The notes below the pieces were generated by a model, which saw nothing but the letters and a program-made list of their open reading frames with translations, did no database searches and was not told the origin of the DNA. From Amoebophrya sp. A120 (Eukaryota > Protista > Dinoflagellata): DNA of 64,000 nt. Below, piece by piece: positions 61,257 through 64,000 of this stretch. The stretch is taken from the NCBI GenBank assembly GCA_905178155.1, contig CAJINV010000003.1, positions 8,724,179-8,788,178 on the forward strand, written 5' to 3'. Both the position numbers and the translations under genes were made by a program. How positions within the stretch are numbered: the first letter of the stretch is position 1; every line of letters begins with the position of its first letter.

Positions 61257-62785
61257 GGTCGGTCGTCTGGTGAAGCTGCAGGCTCTCCTGCTAATCCTGC
61301 TGTTTAAAAGTACTCAGTGTTGGTCATCTTGTTGCTCCCGCACGAGTTGCCACGACATCCAGGAAGAGGAGCGCTACCATCTGTCTCTGCTGGTCTATTC
61401 TGCGTACTTGATGACGACGTCGAAAGGCTTTCACTTCGAGGAACGGAGACGGACGTCGTTCTTCTTCTTGTCAGCTTCCTGCTCAAAGTAATTAATAATG
61501 ATGAAGCGCCAACAATGTTTATTTGCGTTGACTGTGTGGTCACCCTTAGCAGTTTTACGCTCCAGCACAGTGGCTGAGACCTTATCTGCGACACGTCGGA
61601 CCACGACCCGGGGATGTGAATACTGCGCTGCCGCCCAGCCACTTAAACCCTGCGCAAACCAGACACCGTGGGCCACGTCGCAGGATAGGAGCTCGATGCT
61701 CCGTGCAAACTTGTGGGGTCTGTCTAGCGGATGCAGAAAAAAAGGTACGTACAACACGACACCCAGTTACTGTCACAGGCACAGCCACACGCAAATCAGA
61801 TCCCACCGACGGCGAACAGGACTCAAGCTAGTTTAAACAGGAAGAAAGACAATATCTATATCCCAGAAGGAACGACAAACACCTAGTAATAGCGCTAGGC
61901 ACAACGAACTTCCGTTTCCGTAAAAAGAAAAACTGTCTCAATCATATAGAGCAACGCCGAAGCGTAAGCGAAAACAACACCTAAGGAAAGATCTTCTGTC
62001 GCTGGTATGACTATTCTAGGGGAAAAAAAAAATCGTAATGCCCCATGCCTGTGTAGCTGTAGGTAGCTGTAGGCGCTCCCGCTCCTGCTGATGTAACATG
62101 GAGTTCGGGGATTGTGTACGAGAAAACCGGATGAGCAACACACACCACGCAAGAAAGAGAGACAGATATTCTCAACTGGAGAACAGCGAATGGCCTTTAT
62201 CATATTGATGAAATATCCATATGTATCCAGGGCTCCTCCGCCATCGTCGATCGTCTTGCCGGGACGCAGCACGACTATGGAAGCTTGCTGGGCGAATAGG
62301 ATGAGATAGATACTCATGGAAAATAAATGCCACAGAGGACTCGATCCAGCCTATGGGTCATTTTCATTTTTTGCAGGAGCGGATTCATTTAATATTCGGC
62401 GCGCATCAACAAGGGTTCTTGTATGGTGAAAAATCACAGCTGCGCAGCTTCATCATGCTGCTCTCTATGCGTGTGTCGTGTGTGTCTGTGTGCGTGTGGT
62501 ACTAACCCTACTTCTTTTTGTTTTGCTGCTCGCCCTTCTCGTCATGATCCCCAGCATTTATTACAAGACTATAGACTGCAGACGCAGTGCCTCATTGTGA
62601 TATCTCGTGTTTTTCTTTTCTATTCCTTTGCTTGCATTGATTCCGCCGGCACGGTTTCTTGCCGGATTCTCCGAAAATTCTGCCACTTCTCCCGGATAGC
62701 AAGTCCCTTGACTAGCCGACTCGGACGTTGAGCCAGAACTAGATGTCGTTGATCACAATGAGGAAACTACCCGCGGGACCTACGT

Positions 62786-63919
62786 CTACCCGATGTTGAG
62801 CCGAAACATGTCGTTCACAATGATGAAACTTCCGGCGTGCGGTACTAAGTGAAACACCTGGGCAAACTTCAGCGGATTCTCCTCATCGTCTACTTTCAGG
62901 TCTCCCGTCACAAAAATGAAGACGCCATTGTTGAACGGGTTCGGCTGGAAATCCACCTGGGGGGTAAGCACGATCATGACATCGGTAAGTATTTCTAATA
63001 TTTGTATTTCTGGTTGTTGCTGCAAAAATAAGGACTGCACGCGCACAAGAATCTTTTAAGATTATCAAAGTAAATGAGTCGCGCTTGTATCCACACGTCC
63101 TACTTGAATAGCAAAAGAAAGTGTTACCTTTGTGAGGGTATGCTTCACTTTCGAGAACTTCAAATTGTTGAGCTTGTTCATTATCGCCTGCTGTCCCTGC
63201 AGCGCTTCGCCCTCGAACGTCATCATGGAATCTGGCGTGTACCTGAAAGAGAAGCGACACTATAGCATAATGATAATCATAATTCTCGAAGGTAAAGCAC
63301 CTGCTGCTGCAGGAAGCAGTTATGGTCGTTGAAGAGAGGATGGAGTCGTTACACGAGTCAAAGTCAATGAAACTGAAAGAAGCAATTGTACAATTGTTGG
63401 AGCGCGACCCGATTCGTGTCAAAGGTATTGTAGTAGTGCTGGCAGAACTGCTATATCCCACAGAAAAGCGTACCCAGCAGACCAGAATCGTCAACGCCGC
63501 TTTGAAATTTACTACGGAGACTTCGTCACTTTACTACGTTTTCTTTCCCCGCGTGGCATGATAAGCATCTTCGCAGGGACATACTCCTACCTCACTCCTG
63601 CAAAGCAGTGCCAGTGCCAATCGATATCTATCTCTATGTTGATGCCGCTGCGTTTACTTGTTCTACATGACAAGTACAGCACGTCGAGACTGTTGGAAAT
63701 AATACAACTCCAGAAAAGGTATGGTGTGGACGGCTTGTGCTAGTGCTTCTTTTTGTCTTTTTTTGTCGCCGGCGGAGGTCGTCCCCCACCTATTTATATG
63801 TTTTGTCTGTCGGAGTAGTTCTTTCGTTGCGCTTTTAAGTACAACGATGGCATGCTGGGTATACTTTTCTGTGTGATATGCTCGCCAATCTGAGCAAACT
63901 GCGGGTTGATCTGCGACAT
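62786..63919 (-). CDS. NTF2: nuclear transport factor 2
   Basis: MSQINPQFAQIGE-QFCQHYYNTFDTNR..LYTPDSMMTFEG..QG..AIMNKL..VDFQP..FVTGDL..KFAQVFHL..NDMFRLNIG; first intron is an introner and the other two are GT-AG. Confidence 0.96.
63454..63878. mobile_element. TIR introner
   Basis: 26-bp TIR TATC(c/a)cacagaaaag(cg/ta)tacccagca; TSD tgcta/tgctc. Confidence 0.94.
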
Positions 63920-63943
63920 TTTCTTGCCTCGGCTGCCTCGTGA

Positions 63944-64000
63944 TATGGATGTGTCAGGCGGAAAGTCGCAAAATATAAAGATTGAAACGCAAATGGAAAC
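63944..64000. mobile_element. one end of a TIR element upstream of the NTF2 ATG (runs off the window)
   Basis: TATGGATGTGTCAGG is identical to the first 15 nt of the 47708 element. Confidence 0.75.

Noticed and set aside
12241-62222. Additional candidate introners or orphan ends (12241-12690, 18471-18634, 21668, 34353, 42163-42240, 42807, 44922, 62006-62222; TATG at ~739)
   Set aside because: The partner TIR is weak or ambiguous, the TSD unrecognisable, and no conserved protein validates the junction. Some are probably real but cannot be supported here.
1-64000. Autonomous transposase, dinoflagellate spliced-leader sequence, rRNA or tRNA genes
   Set aside because: None was recognised on either strand by inspection; covariance-model and HMM searches would be needed to exclude them.

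Overview
Eukaryotic, intron-rich, gene-dense DNA with roughly balanced GC. Every recognisable gene is on the minus strand: a PTS2-like malate dehydrogenase, a large coiled-coil protein, a PPPDE/DeSI-like protein, a plasmepsin V/ASP5-like aspartic protease, RPL27A, sulfite oxidase, a TLC/NTT-like transporter, PDX2, casein kinase 1, OSCP1 and NTF2. The unidirectional layout and the intron types point to a syndinian dinoflagellate such as Amoebophrya (inference). The dominant hidden system is a set of 24 complete and 1 truncated MITE-like 'introner' elements of 123-475 bp. Each has terminal inverted repeats (TIRs) starting TAT(C/G/T) and a 5-bp target-site duplication (TSD), which is perfect in 11 of them. 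Removing an element plus one TSD copy restores conserved motifs exactly (QGG|FAEH, FHPEL|V, QCGG|NRR, TIV|DSGTT), and none of these introns is GT-AG. Reading-frame constraints at diverged TSDs imply a fixed geometry: 1 nt + TIR element + 4 nt, giving 5' NT and an arbitrary 3' dinucleotide. Two sister copies lie in opposite orientations in one gene, and a GCATGACAAATT motif recurs inside several elements. Ordinary GT-AG introns coexist in the same genes. No transposase, rRNA, tRNA or CRISPR was recognised. All gene models are hand-spliced and need RNA-seq confirmation.
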